DNA of 64,000 bases from a virus. Taxonomy: Duplodnaviria > Caudoviricetes. Positions 10,701-19,789 of the stretch are shown here, in pieces. Made by a program: the position numbers and the translations under genes. A model generated the notes under the pieces. The model was not told the DNA's origin. It saw only the letters and a program-made list of their open reading frames with translations, and made no database searches. Where the stretch lies: positions 1-64,000 of IMG/VR virus record IMGVR_UViG_3300025018_002598; one strand, given 5' to 3'. Positions within the stretch are counted from its first letter, which is position 1. Every line of letters starts with the position of its first letter.

Positions 10701-12905
10701 ACCGATCATTACATTCAAGAAACTGAACCTGCTCAAAAACTAATCACTGAGTTGTTTAAGAAATCCAATGCCGCTAAAGCTTGGAGTATTGTCAATCAAA
10801 CAGACGACGAAGAGAATCCTATTTCCTATGAAGAAGCATTCCAACGCTTAATGACGGAAGCTGGATTTAAAGAAGTCTTAGTTCCTTCCAATAAGCCAAT
10901 TCCAGTGGATCAGTATCTTGAAGATATTCCAGAGTTACCTTTGGAAAGTTTAGATGAAGATTTACAGAACTCAGTTTCTTCAAATTCTATGACTATTGAA
11001 GAAGCAAGATTTGAAATGAGAAAAAGAGAATTGGGTGACATCCTTAAATCAAGATATCAAGAAGGAAACACTCCAATAGATAAAAAGAACATTCCTTTCT
11101 TTTCCGCAGATGACGAATCTGCTAGGGCTTCAATTGTAGATATTATTAAAGAGTATTTTTATTCATTTGATATTGATAGTTCTTTGCAGAGCGGTTCTTT
11201 GTCCAGTACTATTAGCGATAACTTTTCTGCATTCATGAGAGATCCAAAAAAAGACATACCAGATGTACAAAAAGCCGATTTCGCAGTATCTTTTGTAGCG
11301 AATATACTTAGAAAAGAAATGATATATGCTGGCAATTTAGAAGATTCTAAGAAAATAGCAAAATACAATTTAGCTTTAAGTTTTGTTGATTCTAGAACTG
11401 GCAATTTGATGGGAAATAAAAGAATCAAAGATGCTTTAGGACATGATTTACCTGATGATTTTATTGATGGATTAAGAAAAGATTTTAATGATTTAAAATT
11501 CTTCAACGATCACTATACTCTCTATAGTTTTAGAGAGGCATTGAATTCTTCAGGTGGAAACGAAGAACAATCTCTTGAGTCTTTATTCAATTCTCTTAAG
11601 AGTAAGTATCATTCTGAGTATAGGGAATCTCCATCTGGCTCTAACTACGAAGATGTTGGTTTAGAGAGAATGAAAAAGACCAGAACTAAACAGAAAGATT
11701 TTTACGGTAGAAGCGATGAAGACAATAGAGAATTAATTGTTCATAAACTATACAATGATATAATTTGGTTTACAATGAAGTCAGGGACAAGTACAAAAGA
11801 AGCTTTGTCTAATATTGGAATTTCAGTAAGTGATTCCTTTTTAGATGAAATAAAAAATTACAAACCCAATAGTAATGTATATGGCTCTTTACCATGCGCT
11901 TATTTGCCCAATTTCATGCCGAGACAGCACCCAGAAAACGTAGGTCATGTTTTTGATGGTATGATAAAAGCTTCTTATGGACAAAGAGATTATAACGATA
12001 TTGTTCAAAATGTAGGATATGGACAATATGATCCGAAAGCTGGTTCTAACGCAGAAAGAGAACTTTCTCGTTATAGAGCATATAGAACTTCTAGCGAGAA
12101 GATGATAAAAAATAGTATGTATGAAAGACCTGTAGCTGATTCTTTGTATGATTATTATGAAGAATATTACAATAATGGTTATTACATACCTGGTCCTACT
12201 AATAGAATGAATCAGTTGATGTCTACTCTCAGTATGAACATGTCTCAAAACAAGAAAAGAGTCGAAGATAACCCCAGACCTGCAACGATGTCTAGTATGA
12301 ATATACTTAATGCCAATGCTAGAACTGGTACATTACCTTCTTCTGATTATTATCTATTGCCAACAGGTAAGTATGTAAATAAGTCGGACTTACCAGCCGC
12401 TGGAACAACAGATGAAGAATATGCCGCAATAAAAAATAAAGCAAAATCTCCTTTTGAAAGAGTAAGTAAGTATATTGATCCTCTTTGGAGTATGCAGGGT
12501 ATTTCCTTTACCGACTCTATGTCTTTCCTTCAAGATGTTGCGTGGAGAGGCGGACAACAGAGAAAGAAAAAGGATACAAGAAGAAAGAAAGCCTCTTATG
12601 ATTCTTGGTATAAGTTTAGTCAGAAAGTCAACGAAGGCAATTCTGGTTCATCGGACTATGTTTTAGTTCTTCCATTCATGGGAATTCAAAATATGTATTC
12701 TAACTCTTTCCATAAAACTGGAAGTAGAAACAAATACATATTAAGTAAACCTAAGATTGTTCCACTTTCAAAGTTTGGATCATTGAAGAAAGTTTCTGAC
12801 TTTTCGAAAAAAACTGGTAGAAAGGTCATGGTATTAACTAATGGAGAGTTTTCTCTTCTTAATAATTTAGGTTTAATTTCCGAGGAGATGTTTAAGAATG
12901 GATAA
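7725..12905 (+). CDS. Very large hypothetical protein, probable virion/ejection protein
   Basis: 1726-aa open frame with internal Cys cluster (CNYCGRFRTEC) and C-terminal SWYKFSQ / LKKVS motifs. Confidence 0.75.
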   Translation: MRDLILDQIKKLSRADKEIIHDNFNKVCKIIGIKKESSIYVPEQELQRVLQNVDLQELAQRIKGILAYYNEENPDYKVFEDMNGDPIDDIGEQVASLLPGLSKPVQNSILNFEDESELGDYLQNLLKYIPDAIELPGQNVENPTPNVQQKTFDEMLVEIASSNAIPPNMIQGYFNLERESATNNTLINSLNEKLEQITSLLSNVFNGYQNNPEYENAYQESMQVMGDRKRIREVIKKIANIQSPKDTKAVNPSNIQTKENEYSFESTSFKKNANGNGILVYENVWEVPAIGENEEDAIAAINIEPLKKIHSLMRENANYLSENEEFDPSLSENIFSVFRSNFDSKSVRNKRDKLRREIYQGVSQTEFANDPKGAIPWEKARVEDRISVLKHPSITSEKVEEIISNNSEIRRDLQEISFYKEILKDLDGYSLRVAINDENILPKKYQEIFKRLYYTAFGQNLERMDGSLSLSDVYLGYQSGQPLFEEEEVNRKGSTIVWEIQQEAFQDGIDEEDIIARLDTFYSDTNIRYFHDVDQKSTSRAYQIDMAQLYQENSFNRSLFCNYCGRFRTECGPSGADSVYDTQRVINGKKSTCVNVKEIDQEVILTQEEISSLSKDTLEKFFEDSGGGFKQKECNRNPEQPNCELGDSLIFPERKSNTLNSSFLGRDLNLKVAGLEMTTEKTDKEGNTQIVPMMVDEDTQNLISKIEGRILDRLDEINQTMPQRRDEVSSLLDGENQKRSELLNARKDILDAMNSIDTESEDKMENFKNKKRKKDLQLQLNEINLESKQREKNINTLSKSYDLMSSPLEFDDLKSSIRSYIESTVKLHPSGMFPNDSDEIRAKGSLSEEHEEIAGQAAIKLFSALMSQYHMETGDLNKARRLAGEDIYLLFAGGTHQGSKKNFYPPKFIMPEVPEGWTPEKNLPNKNFFTPPGQEGKTRDQRIKDLHENIRVRLDDGVVSTGLEFLGGMSSLPFLNAELEGEDVAGFPFLFATDHYIQETEPAQKLITELFKKSNAAKAWSIVNQTDDEENPISYEEAFQRLMTEAGFKEVLVPSNKPIPVDQYLEDIPELPLESLDEDLQNSVSSNSMTIEEARFEMRKRELGDILKSRYQEGNTPIDKKNIPFFSADDESARASIVDIIKEYFYSFDIDSSLQSGSLSSTISDNFSAFMRDPKKDIPDVQKADFAVSFVANILRKEMIYAGNLEDSKKIAKYNLALSFVDSRTGNLMGNKRIKDALGHDLPDDFIDGLRKDFNDLKFFNDHYTLYSFREALNSSGGNEEQSLESLFNSLKSKYHSEYRESPSGSNYEDVGLERMKKTRTKQKDFYGRSDEDNRELIVHKLYNDIIWFTMKSGTSTKEALSNIGISVSDSFLDEIKNYKPNSNVYGSLPCAYLPNFMPRQHPENVGHVFDGMIKASYGQRDYNDIVQNVGYGQYDPKAGSNAERELSRYRAYRTSSEKMIKNSMYERPVADSLYDYYEEYYNNGYYIPGPTNRMNQLMSTLSMNMSQNKKRVEDNPRPATMSSMNILNANARTGTLPSSDYYLLPTGKYVNKSDLPAAGTTDEEYAAIKNKAKSPFERVSKYIDPLWSMQGISFTDSMSFLQDVAWRGGQQRKKKDTRRKKASYDSWYKFSQKVNEGNSGSSDYVLVLPFMGIQNMYSNSFHKTGSRNKYILSKPKIVPLSKFGSLKKVSDFSKKTGRKVMVLTNGEFSLLNNLGLISEEMFKNG

Positions 12906-14187
12906 GAAATTAAAATGTCCAAAATGTGGTCAGTCTAATTATTCAGAGAATAATAAGGGTGGAGAACAAACAACTTTTCTTCAGTGTAAGGGGTGTGGTT
13001 TTAAAGGCGCCGAGAAAGCCTGGAAAAAACAACAGAAAGACTTGAGTATTCTATCGTCAAACAATCCATTCTATAAAGTCTCTGAGGGCTTAGCTCCTGA
13101 CCAGAAACCTGCTAGTTCTTATCCTTCAGGAACAGAGAAAGATCCTTATCCAGAAAAACCTGCAAGGAATCGGACGAAAAAGAAAAGAACAGAATTACTT
13201 GAATCTTACGATGAATCACAAAGCACGGAAGAAGTTCGTCGTGTTTCTAACAGGAGTAAAGATATGAACCCTTTTTATGTGCAATCTAAATGCAAAGAAA
13301 AAGATGAAAAATACAGAAATAAAGATGAAAAAGAAAAAGATGAAAAATACAGAAATAAAGATGAAAAAGAGTACCTAGAAAAAGGTCTTCCTTCTGCTAT
13401 TGATAAGAAGAATAAAGACGAGAAGAAAGTCTCTAGTTCTAACCCTTTCTACAGAAAGGCAGAAGGGGAAGTGAGTGAATGCCCTAATTGCCATCACAAA
13501 TGCAAGGGCGACAAATGCTCTAAGTGTGGTAAAGACAAGTTACCTACAGACAAAGATATTGAAGACGCTTTTGACAGCATTTTTGCCAGTTCTAGAAAAA
13601 ACCCTTTCTACAAAAAAGCTCGTGAGTTTGGTGATCGTTCTGAACATGGCAAGAAGATGAAGGAATTGTCTGATGATAACATGACTTTTCCAGAAGATCC
13701 CAATCATTCTCAGAAAAAACATCATGATGGAGAAACTTCCAAGAAGAAAGATCCTAGCGGTGAGTCTTCACCGAATGACGAGTTAAATCCATCTTATGAT
13801 TACAATACAGTTGATAGAAAAGAGCAACGTTCTTCTCCTAAGCCTTGGGATTTAGAGCCTGGTTATAAAGATTGGTATGAGCGTGAAGTCGATCAATATT
13901 ATGATGGTTGGCTTGATGATCATATTGAAAATAGTGGCGGTTCTGTTCCTGGTTCAAATACTGAAAAGACAATGAATTTAGATGATGACGAGAGGGCACA
14001 TGCTCCAGCATATCCTACAGAAGCTATATATGAAAAACTATTAGAAAATCGTCATCAATTCACCGATGACTATACAACTGTTGTGGCAAACGGCATTCAA
14101 TATACAATCAAAACTAGCGATGCTATTGCCATTCTTTCTGCTGGGGGAATTGAAGATGTAAAAAAAAAGCTAAGAAAGGGACAGTAA
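12898..14187 (+). CDS. Zn-ribbon-containing low-complexity protein with four NPFY repeats; may have a -1 frameshifted extension
   Basis: CPKC...CKGC at the N terminus, CPNC...CSKC internally, NPFY x4; start overlaps the previous stop. Confidence 0.8.
   Translation: MDKKLKCPKCGQSNYSENNKGGEQTTFLQCKGCGFKGAEKAWKKQQKDLSILSSNNPFYKVSEGLAPDQKPASSYPSGTEKDPYPEKPARNRTKKKRTELLESYDESQSTEEVRRVSNRSKDMNPFYVQSKCKEKDEKYRNKDEKEKDEKYRNKDEKEYLEKGLPSAIDKKNKDEKKVSSSNPFYRKAEGEVSECPNCHHKCKGDKCSKCGKDKLPTDKDIEDAFDSIFASSRKNPFYKKAREFGDRSEHGKKMKELSDDNMTFPEDPNHSQKKHHDGETSKKKDPSGESSPNDELNPSYDYNTVDRKEQRSSPKPWDLEPGYKDWYEREVDQYYDGWLDDHIENSGGSVPGSNTEKTMNLDDDERAHAPAYPTEAIYEKLLENRHQFTDDYTTVVANGIQYTIKTSDAIAILSAGGIEDVKKKLRKGQ
13294..13370 (+). 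repeat. Perfect 36-bp in-frame tandem duplication (KEKDEKYRNKDE x2)
   Basis: aaagaaaaagatgaaaaatacagaaataaagatgaa occurs at 13294 and 13330. Confidence 0.9.
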
Positions 14188-14195
14188 GTGTCCCT
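14160..14195 (+). other. Candidate programmed -1 ribosomal frameshift signal
   Basis: In-frame A AAA AAG (14163-14169), 7-nt spacer, then perfect 7-bp stem AGGGACA/TGTCCCT (14177-14195) with the zero-frame TAA in its loop. GGGGGA lies upstream at 14143-14148. Confidence 0.6.
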
Positions 14196-14360
14196 CATGC
14201 CCCTGAGACTGAAAAGGGAGAATCTGGACCTCTTGTTGGAAATGAAGGAAATAGTTTGTATTACGATCCTAAAACTGGAAAAGTATATCACGTTAATGGA
14301 AACAAATTTAACGAATTACAGCCCGAATGGAAAAAAGAAAAAGTTAAGGTTCAGGAATAA
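14169..14360 (+). CDS. -1-frame extension (63 aa) of ORF 12898, with no start codon of its own
   Basis: Reads AKKGTVSVPHAPETEKGESGPLVGNEGNSLYYDPKTGKVYHVNGNKFNELQPEWKKEKVKVQE*, filling the gap up to the portal gene. Confidence 0.55.
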   Translation, partial: AKKGTVSVPHAPETEKGESGPLVGNEGNSLYYDPKTGKVYHVNGNKFNELQPEWKKEKVKVQE

Positions 14361-14387
14361 ATGAAAACGAAAGGTAGAATATAAGAA

Positions 14388-17300
14388 ATGAGCTTATTTA
14401 GAGACTCCAAAGGCATTAGATTGTTTGATAAAGATTCTTATGTTTTTCATGACGGAAGGACCGCTTCTCAAATTATGGATAAAACAGAACAGACTTATGG
14501 AAATGAAAGTACTTCAAATATAAAAATTTCCAATTTACAAAAATCTGGTGCAATAAATAAAAACAATGGGAATTTCGATGTAAGAAATCCTGTTATGGCG
14601 AATTTCGCATCACCTTCTACTTTTGGATCTTTTGGATCTGGAGCAGGAAGTGGATTACTATATACATCTCCACAATTTTATTCCCCAATTCACACTGCCA
14701 CTAACTGGCAAATACCCACTAAACGCCGTGAAGTTTATCAATGGCAAATCACTGAAAACAGTGGACTTATGCTAGATGACTTAACTTTTATTCTAGTTAA
14801 AGATTTGGATTTTATACCAAAAGAAATTACAAAAGACACCCTTACAGATGGCGTAGTTTTTGAAAATATTAAATCACAAAAAGTATTTGGCGGTGAAGGC
14901 CGTCTAAGAAATCCAGTAAACTTTTTTGAATGTCCGAATACAGATCAAGAATATGTTAAATTTAAAGTTCATGGATCTTGGAGAAAACTAGAAGCCCATA
15001 AAGAACACAACATTTATGTGGTGAAGGGGAAACCTCTTAGAAATGAAACTAAAAAATACGGCGATAAACTTTATAGAAATGGACATAAAGGTAAATTTGG
15101 CAAAAAAGATTATATGGAAAATAAATCTTGGCCAATAGAAAGAATCCCTGCCGATGAAGTTGAGAAAGGGGATTTTCTTTTATTTCCAGTTCCAAATTCT
15201 AAACCCTTAACGGATGAAGATATTAAGGAAGTCCAGTATCAACTAAGTATTACTTCTAACAATACAAATCTTACTTTAAAACCATACAATTATGAAGAAG
15301 ATATGGATTTCCATTGGCTTGTAGGACTTTGCATAGCGGATGGATCTTTAAATGAATCTGGTTTTTTTGGTTATACCAAATATAACTGTTCAATTTCAGA
15401 ACCATCCATAATTGATAATTTAAAAAGAATTTTAAAACAAAAATATGATGAACTCTTATTGGTAGACATTCCCCATACCAACTCCGATAAATGCAGAAGG
15501 ATTTATTGTGAAAATAAAAAATCCTATGAAGATATGTCTAGATATATTACAGGAAAATTAGCCAATAAAAAGTTCAATTCTATAATTCTATCTCTTTCAA
15601 AAGAACAATTGCTTTCTATTCTTGGTGGTTACTTTGATGGTGATGGTTCTTTTACATCTCAAAATAAGTTGGTTGCCAATAATGTTTCTTGTGACATGGC
15701 GGATCAGATTTACCACATGTGTATTATGTGTGGTATTCATGCTTCTATTGGAGAGTGCAAGAGAACTGACGATCATTATGATACTCCTAATGACGAATAT
15801 TATAGAATATTTGTTCCTGCTAGTGATTTACACATATTAAAACCTTATATGAAATCCAATAAAATTCCTGAGAATTTTGAATTCGATGGGAACGATAGAA
15901 CTCTTAAATTCTTTTTTACTGGTGAAGATGGTGTTAGGTATTATGCTCAACAGGTTGCTGGTGTTGAAGAGTATTTTTATACTGGCATTGGTTACGACAT
16001 TCAGATTGATCCAGAGAGAAGTTATGTAGCGAGCGGTTACAAGGTTAGTAATTGTAGATTCTTTTCTCAAAACGATCCTACAATTGCTTCTTCCTTGAGG
16101 TTTTATTCAAGGTTTCCTTTTAATGGATTTGAATTACAAATGTCAGATCCGGTAAGAAAAGAACATTTTGAAAATCTATGTAAAAGACTTAAAGTTAAAC
16201 ATTGGTTGCCTTTGATGGCATTTGATTACTTTAGCATGGGAGATTGTTTCGCTTTTGTTAGTATTCAAACTCCTAATAGTGGTAGTGGCTTTCACAATGG
16301 AGCCGATCCAATTGATTATACTAATGCTAAAATAACTGGTATTTCAATTCTTAACCCAGATACTGTTGAAGTTATTTTTAATCCAATGAATCCAATAAAT
16401 AACTTCATGAATTTAACGATTGATGACAATTTAAAAAAGATTGTTTGGGAGAAAAAACCCATTCAGGTTTATCAAAGTCTTCCTGAATGGTTGAAATTTT
16501 ATGTTCAAAAGAATTTACCTATACCGCTTCACCCTGACAACATCACTCACTTAAAACACGATGAACGTGCTGTCGCTCCTTATGGCGTAAGCATTTTAGT
16601 TCCTTTATTTCCAACTTTAGCTTACCAAGACAAACTTCGTCAAGCACAGTGGATTGTTGCGGAAAGACATATTTTACCAATTAAGATTTGTAAAATAGGT
16701 AACGATCAACGTCCTGCTGGTCCACAAGATATTGCTGATACACAATCACAACTTGGCGCTACTGCAAATGATCCAAATTTAACTTTAGTTGTCCACCACG
16801 CATTTGATTTCCAATGGGTTGGTGCTGCTGGAAAAGTATTACAATTAACAAAAGAATATGAATTGATTGAAAAGGCTTTAATTAAAGGCTTGGGTGTCAA
16901 CGAAGCGCTTTTAAGTGGTTGTGTTCCTGAGTATTCTAGAATCCTTACAAACGATGGCTTTAAAACACTTGACGAATTTGATCAGGAAAAACATTTAGTC
17001 GCTTCTCTTAATCCAGAAACGCATGAGTTTGAGTGGTCAAAACCAACATATACTCATGTTGTTGATTACAATTCTGAAGATGGAATTGATCCTCCACTTG
17101 TTCATTTTAAGGACAAAAAGAGATTAGATAATCTTTTTACAACTGGTCATGAAATGTATGTTAAAAAAAGAAATAAAAAAACATACGAAAAAATAAGAGC
17201 AGATCAAGTTGGGCATCATGACAAATTTATACTAAAAACAAACGGATGGAATGGAATTGTCCCAGAAGATATAGAAGAAAAAACTCTTGGTATTCAATTG

Positions 17301-19253
17301 GATGAATTTATAGAGTTAAGTTCATACTTCTTGTCAGAAGGTTCATTTATTAAAGAATACAATAGAAAAGAAAAGACTGGAGAAACATATATTTGTTCAA
17401 TTACAGGTAAAAATAGAAGCACAAGACAAAAGATAGGGATTTCTTTTGTTCAATCTGTTAATTCCGATATAATCGATAATATGTTTAGTTTAGATGAAAG
17501 AATTAAAGAATCTAAGTTTCACATACATAATTGGGTAACATCTCATGATAATAAATCAGATATAGTTTGCTTTAGATTAAATTCTGTTAAATTGGCGGAT
17601 AGATTTTTTGAATATTTTGGTGAATATTCTTATGGTAAAAAAATACCAAATTGGATTAAAGATTTACCAAAAGAAAACTTAGAAAAATTAGTATATAATT
17701 TAGCAAAATGTGATGGGACAGAACGAGAAGCAAATAGAAAAGATCCCAATGGTAAAAAGTATTATACATACACATCTTGTTCAGAAAAACTAATACACGA
17801 CATTTCTGAAGTATTATTGAAAATAGGATTTACACCTGTAATGAAATGTGTAGATCCAAATAAATATTCTTCCTCTAAAAAATTTAAAAATCCGGTTCAA
17901 CTTCAATATACTGTCGCATGGAGTGAGGCCGACAAACATGGTCAATATCCTTGTGTAAGGCAATCTACTGAAAGAAGAAATATACATGAAAAGAAATGGA
18001 AAGGAAGAGTTTGGTGTGTTACTGCCCCTCCAAACCATTTGGTGCTTTTCGAAAATAATGGCAAGATGATTTGGACTGGTAATACTGGACCTTCTTATTC
18101 ACAGGCTGCTATTGGTATTGAAGCGACTATTGATAGACTTGAAGGTGTAAGGAATATATTTTCTGAATGGCTTGAAGAGAAAGTATTTAAAATAGAAGCG
18201 TTAATACAAGGATTCTATAAGACTGATTTGTCTGGCAATAAAGTTTTAGATTATCCTACAGTCAAATGGAAAGATTTGAGTCTTCGAGATGAAACTCAGA
18301 AAAAGAATCAAATGCTTCAATTGTGGGACAAGAAGATTGTTTCCACTCAATATGTTTGTGAAGAATTTGGAATTGATTACGACATAGAAACTGAAAGAAT
18401 TAGACTCGAAACCGAATACCAACAGCAGCTTGGCATTATGCCAGATGATGATGGTGGAGGTAAAGGTAAAGGCGGACTTGGTGGTGGTCTCGGTGGTGGC
18501 TTTGGTGGCGGCGGCGGCAAAGGTGGACTTGGTGGAGACCCAATGAAAGGTAATTTGCCAGGTGGTCAAAGTGGACCTGGATTGCCAGGTGATTCCAATG
18601 CTCCTTCGATGTCTGGTGGTGATGTTGAAGCCTCTCATGATTTTAGGCTTAGGGCGCATGAAGATGCTTTGAAGACTAAGCCGAAAGTATATAGACCTGG
18701 AAAATATGATTTAAAAAAACCAAAGCCTCCTGTTATTCAAAAGCAAAAAGAAGAAATGGAACAGGGTATTGTGTTGGATGGAAGAACTGGTCAATTTAGA
18801 CTAACTTCTATCGAAGCAGCTTTGTATAAGTCTGTTAAGAGTGGTATTGAACAAGGCAACCTTCCTCCTGATTTTATCATTCAACAAAAACCTGAGCCTG
18901 TAGAGATGTCTAGAGTTATTGTTGATGGTTTTTGGCCTTCGTTGAAATTGATTATCGAAGCTGATGGAAAAATGTGGCACGACAATCCAGAAAAAATAAA
19001 CACTGACACAGAACGAGATGATCGCTTTAGAGCGTTGGGGTGGACTGTCCTTAGATTTACAGAGGATGAGATTGAACATCAAATAGAAAACGTACTTGCC
19101 AAGATTATAGATTCTGCAAAAGGTATTATTGAATATAAACAACCTAAAACAGCTAGTGCAATAAAGGAAATTGTAGAGGCAAGTGAAGAAATAGAAATAG
19201 AACAAGTTTACGAAGAGTCATTCTTAACTGGAGAATGGTTTGAAATTGAATAA
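14388..19253 (+). CDS. Portal protein with two inteins, Gly-rich linker and C-terminal DUF559/Vsr-like domain
   Basis: Lies directly before protease-scaffold-MCP. Extein motifs include DYFSMGDCF, ISILNPD, ITHLKH...PYGVSIL and LVVHHAFDFQWVGAAGKVL. About 797 aa after removing both inteins. Confidence 0.88.
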   Translation: MSLFRDSKGIRLFDKDSYVFHDGRTASQIMDKTEQTYGNESTSNIKISNLQKSGAINKNNGNFDVRNPVMANFASPSTFGSFGSGAGSGLLYTSPQFYSPIHTATNWQIPTKRREVYQWQITENSGLMLDDLTFILVKDLDFIPKEITKDTLTDGVVFENIKSQKVFGGEGRLRNPVNFFECPNTDQEYVKFKVHGSWRKLEAHKEHNIYVVKGKPLRNETKKYGDKLYRNGHKGKFGKKDYMENKSWPIERIPADEVEKGDFLLFPVPNSKPLTDEDIKEVQYQLSITSNNTNLTLKPYNYEEDMDFHWLVGLCIADGSLNESGFFGYTKYNCSISEPSIIDNLKRILKQKYDELLLVDIPHTNSDKCRRIYCENKKSYEDMSRYITGKLANKKFNSIILSLSKEQLLSILGGYFDGDGSFTSQNKLVANNVSCDMADQIYHMCIMCGIHASIGECKRTDDHYDTPNDEYYRIFVPASDLHILKPYMKSNKIPENFEFDGNDRTLKFFFTGEDGVRYYAQQVAGVEEYFYTGIGYDIQIDPERSYVASGYKVSNCRFFSQNDPTIASSLRFYSRFPFNGFELQMSDPVRKEHFENLCKRLKVKHWLPLMAFDYFSMGDCFAFVSIQTPNSGSGFHNGADPIDYTNAKITGISILNPDTVEVIFNPMNPINNFMNLTIDDNLKKIVWEKKPIQVYQSLPEWLKFYVQKNLPIPLHPDNITHLKHDERAVAPYGVSILVPLFPTLAYQDKLRQAQWIVAERHILPIKICKIGNDQRPAGPQDIADTQSQLGATANDPNLTLVVHHAFDFQWVGAAGKVLQLTKEYELIEKALIKGLGVNEALLSGCVPEYSRILTNDGFKTLDEFDQEKHLVASLNPETHEFEWSKPTYTHVVDYNSEDGIDPPLVHFKDKKRLDNLFTTGHEMYVKKRNKKTYEKIRADQVGHHDKFILKTNGWNGIVPEDIEEKTLGIQLDEFIELSSYFLSEGSFIKEYNRKEKTGETYICSITGKNRSTRQKIGISFVQSVNSDIIDNMFSLDERIKESKFHIHNWVTSHDNKSDIVCFRLNSVKLADRFFEYFGEYSYGKKIPNWIKDLPKENLEKLVYNLAKCDGTEREANRKDPNGKKYYTYTSCSEKLIHDISEVLLKIGFTPVMKCVDPNKYSSSKKFKNPVQLQYTVAWSEADKHGQYPCVRQSTERRNIHEKKWKGRVWCVTAPPNHLVLFENNGKMIWTGNTGPSYSQAAIGIEATIDRLEGVRNIFSEWLEEKVFKIEALIQGFYKTDLSGNKVLDYPTVKWKDLSLRDETQKKNQMLQLWDKKIVSTQYVCEEFGIDYDIETERIRLETEYQQQLGIMPDDDGGGKGKGGLGGGLGGGFGGGGGKGGLGGDPMKGNLPGGQSGPGLPGDSNAPSMSGGDVEASHDFRLRAHEDALKTKPKVYRPGKYDLKKPKPPVIQKQKEEMEQGIVLDGRTGQFRLTSIEAALYKSVKSGIEQGNLPPDFIIQQKPEPVEMSRVIVDGFWPSLKLIIEADGKMWHDNPEKINTDTERDDRFRALGWTVLRFTEDEIEHQIENVLAKIIDSAKGIIEYKQPKTASAIKEIVEASEEIEIEQVYEESFLTGEWFEIE
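14745..16052 (+). mobile_element. Intein 1 in portal (436 aa, LAGLIDADG), non-canonical Gln1
   Basis: Begins QITENSGLMLDD and ends YDIQIDPERSYVASGYKVSN|C. LAGLIDADG boxes LVGLCIADG and LGGYFDGDG. The junction is supported by the intein-free paralog at 29792 (WQLPTKRRETYTY-CRYY). Confidence 0.85.
16920..18083 (+). mobile_element. Intein 2 in portal (388 aa, LAGLIDADG)
   Basis: G|CVPEYSRILTNDG start; block B TTGH; SYFLSEG and NLAKCDG boxes; ends VWCVT...WTGN|T (penultimate Gly, Thr+1). Confidence 0.88.
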
Positions 19254-19282
19254 TATAAAAAGTAATTTAAGGGGAAAATAAA

Positions 19283-19681
19283 ATGCCTTCAAATCTTCCA
19301 AGAACTAATCATGGTGGTGGTAGAACACCCGATAATAGATGGAGTGAATTTCCAGCCGATACCGATTTGCTGAGAAAACAAACAAATCCTGAAACTGTTG
19401 TTTTTGAAAATTCAACAGATACAGGTGGAAGTAGACCTTACCCTGTTGCGGCCTGTGAGTATTGGTCAATATATGTGTTTGGGGATGGATCTACAGATGT
19501 TGATGTTCAAGTATGTATGAATCCCAAATATGAAACTTGGGTAACTCTAAACAGTTCGGCTTTGGGTAATGCTTCGGTTTATGAGGGAAGTGGTGGTCAA
19601 CATCCTTGGGTAAGAGTTTTAATTAACAATGCGGGTGCAGGTACTTCTGTACACTTATTTAGAAAATATTCAACATATTAA
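19283..19681 (+). CDS. Hypothetical beta-rich protein in head module
   Basis: AAGGGG SD; 132-aa ORF between portal and protease. Confidence 0.75.
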   Translation: MPSNLPRTNHGGGRTPDNRWSEFPADTDLLRKQTNPETVVFENSTDTGGSRPYPVAACEYWSIYVFGDGSTDVDVQVCMNPKYETWVTLNSSALGNASVYEGSGGQHPWVRVLINNAGAGTSVHLFRKYSTY

Positions 19682-19789
19682 TAAAAATCTAAAAAAAAAG
19701 AAGGAATAAGTTTCAGGTATCTTTAATCGATTAATGAATTATCTATAATTTACAAGTACTTATTCCTAATATTATGGGAGGCTTCCACA

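Noticed and set aside
14197-14364. Independent 55-aa zero-frame ORF before the portal
   Set aside because: The nearest SD-like sequence is about 15 nt away and inside the hairpin, and the Leu-rich product is unlike neighbouring proteins. The -1 frame looks more protein-like. Not fully excluded.
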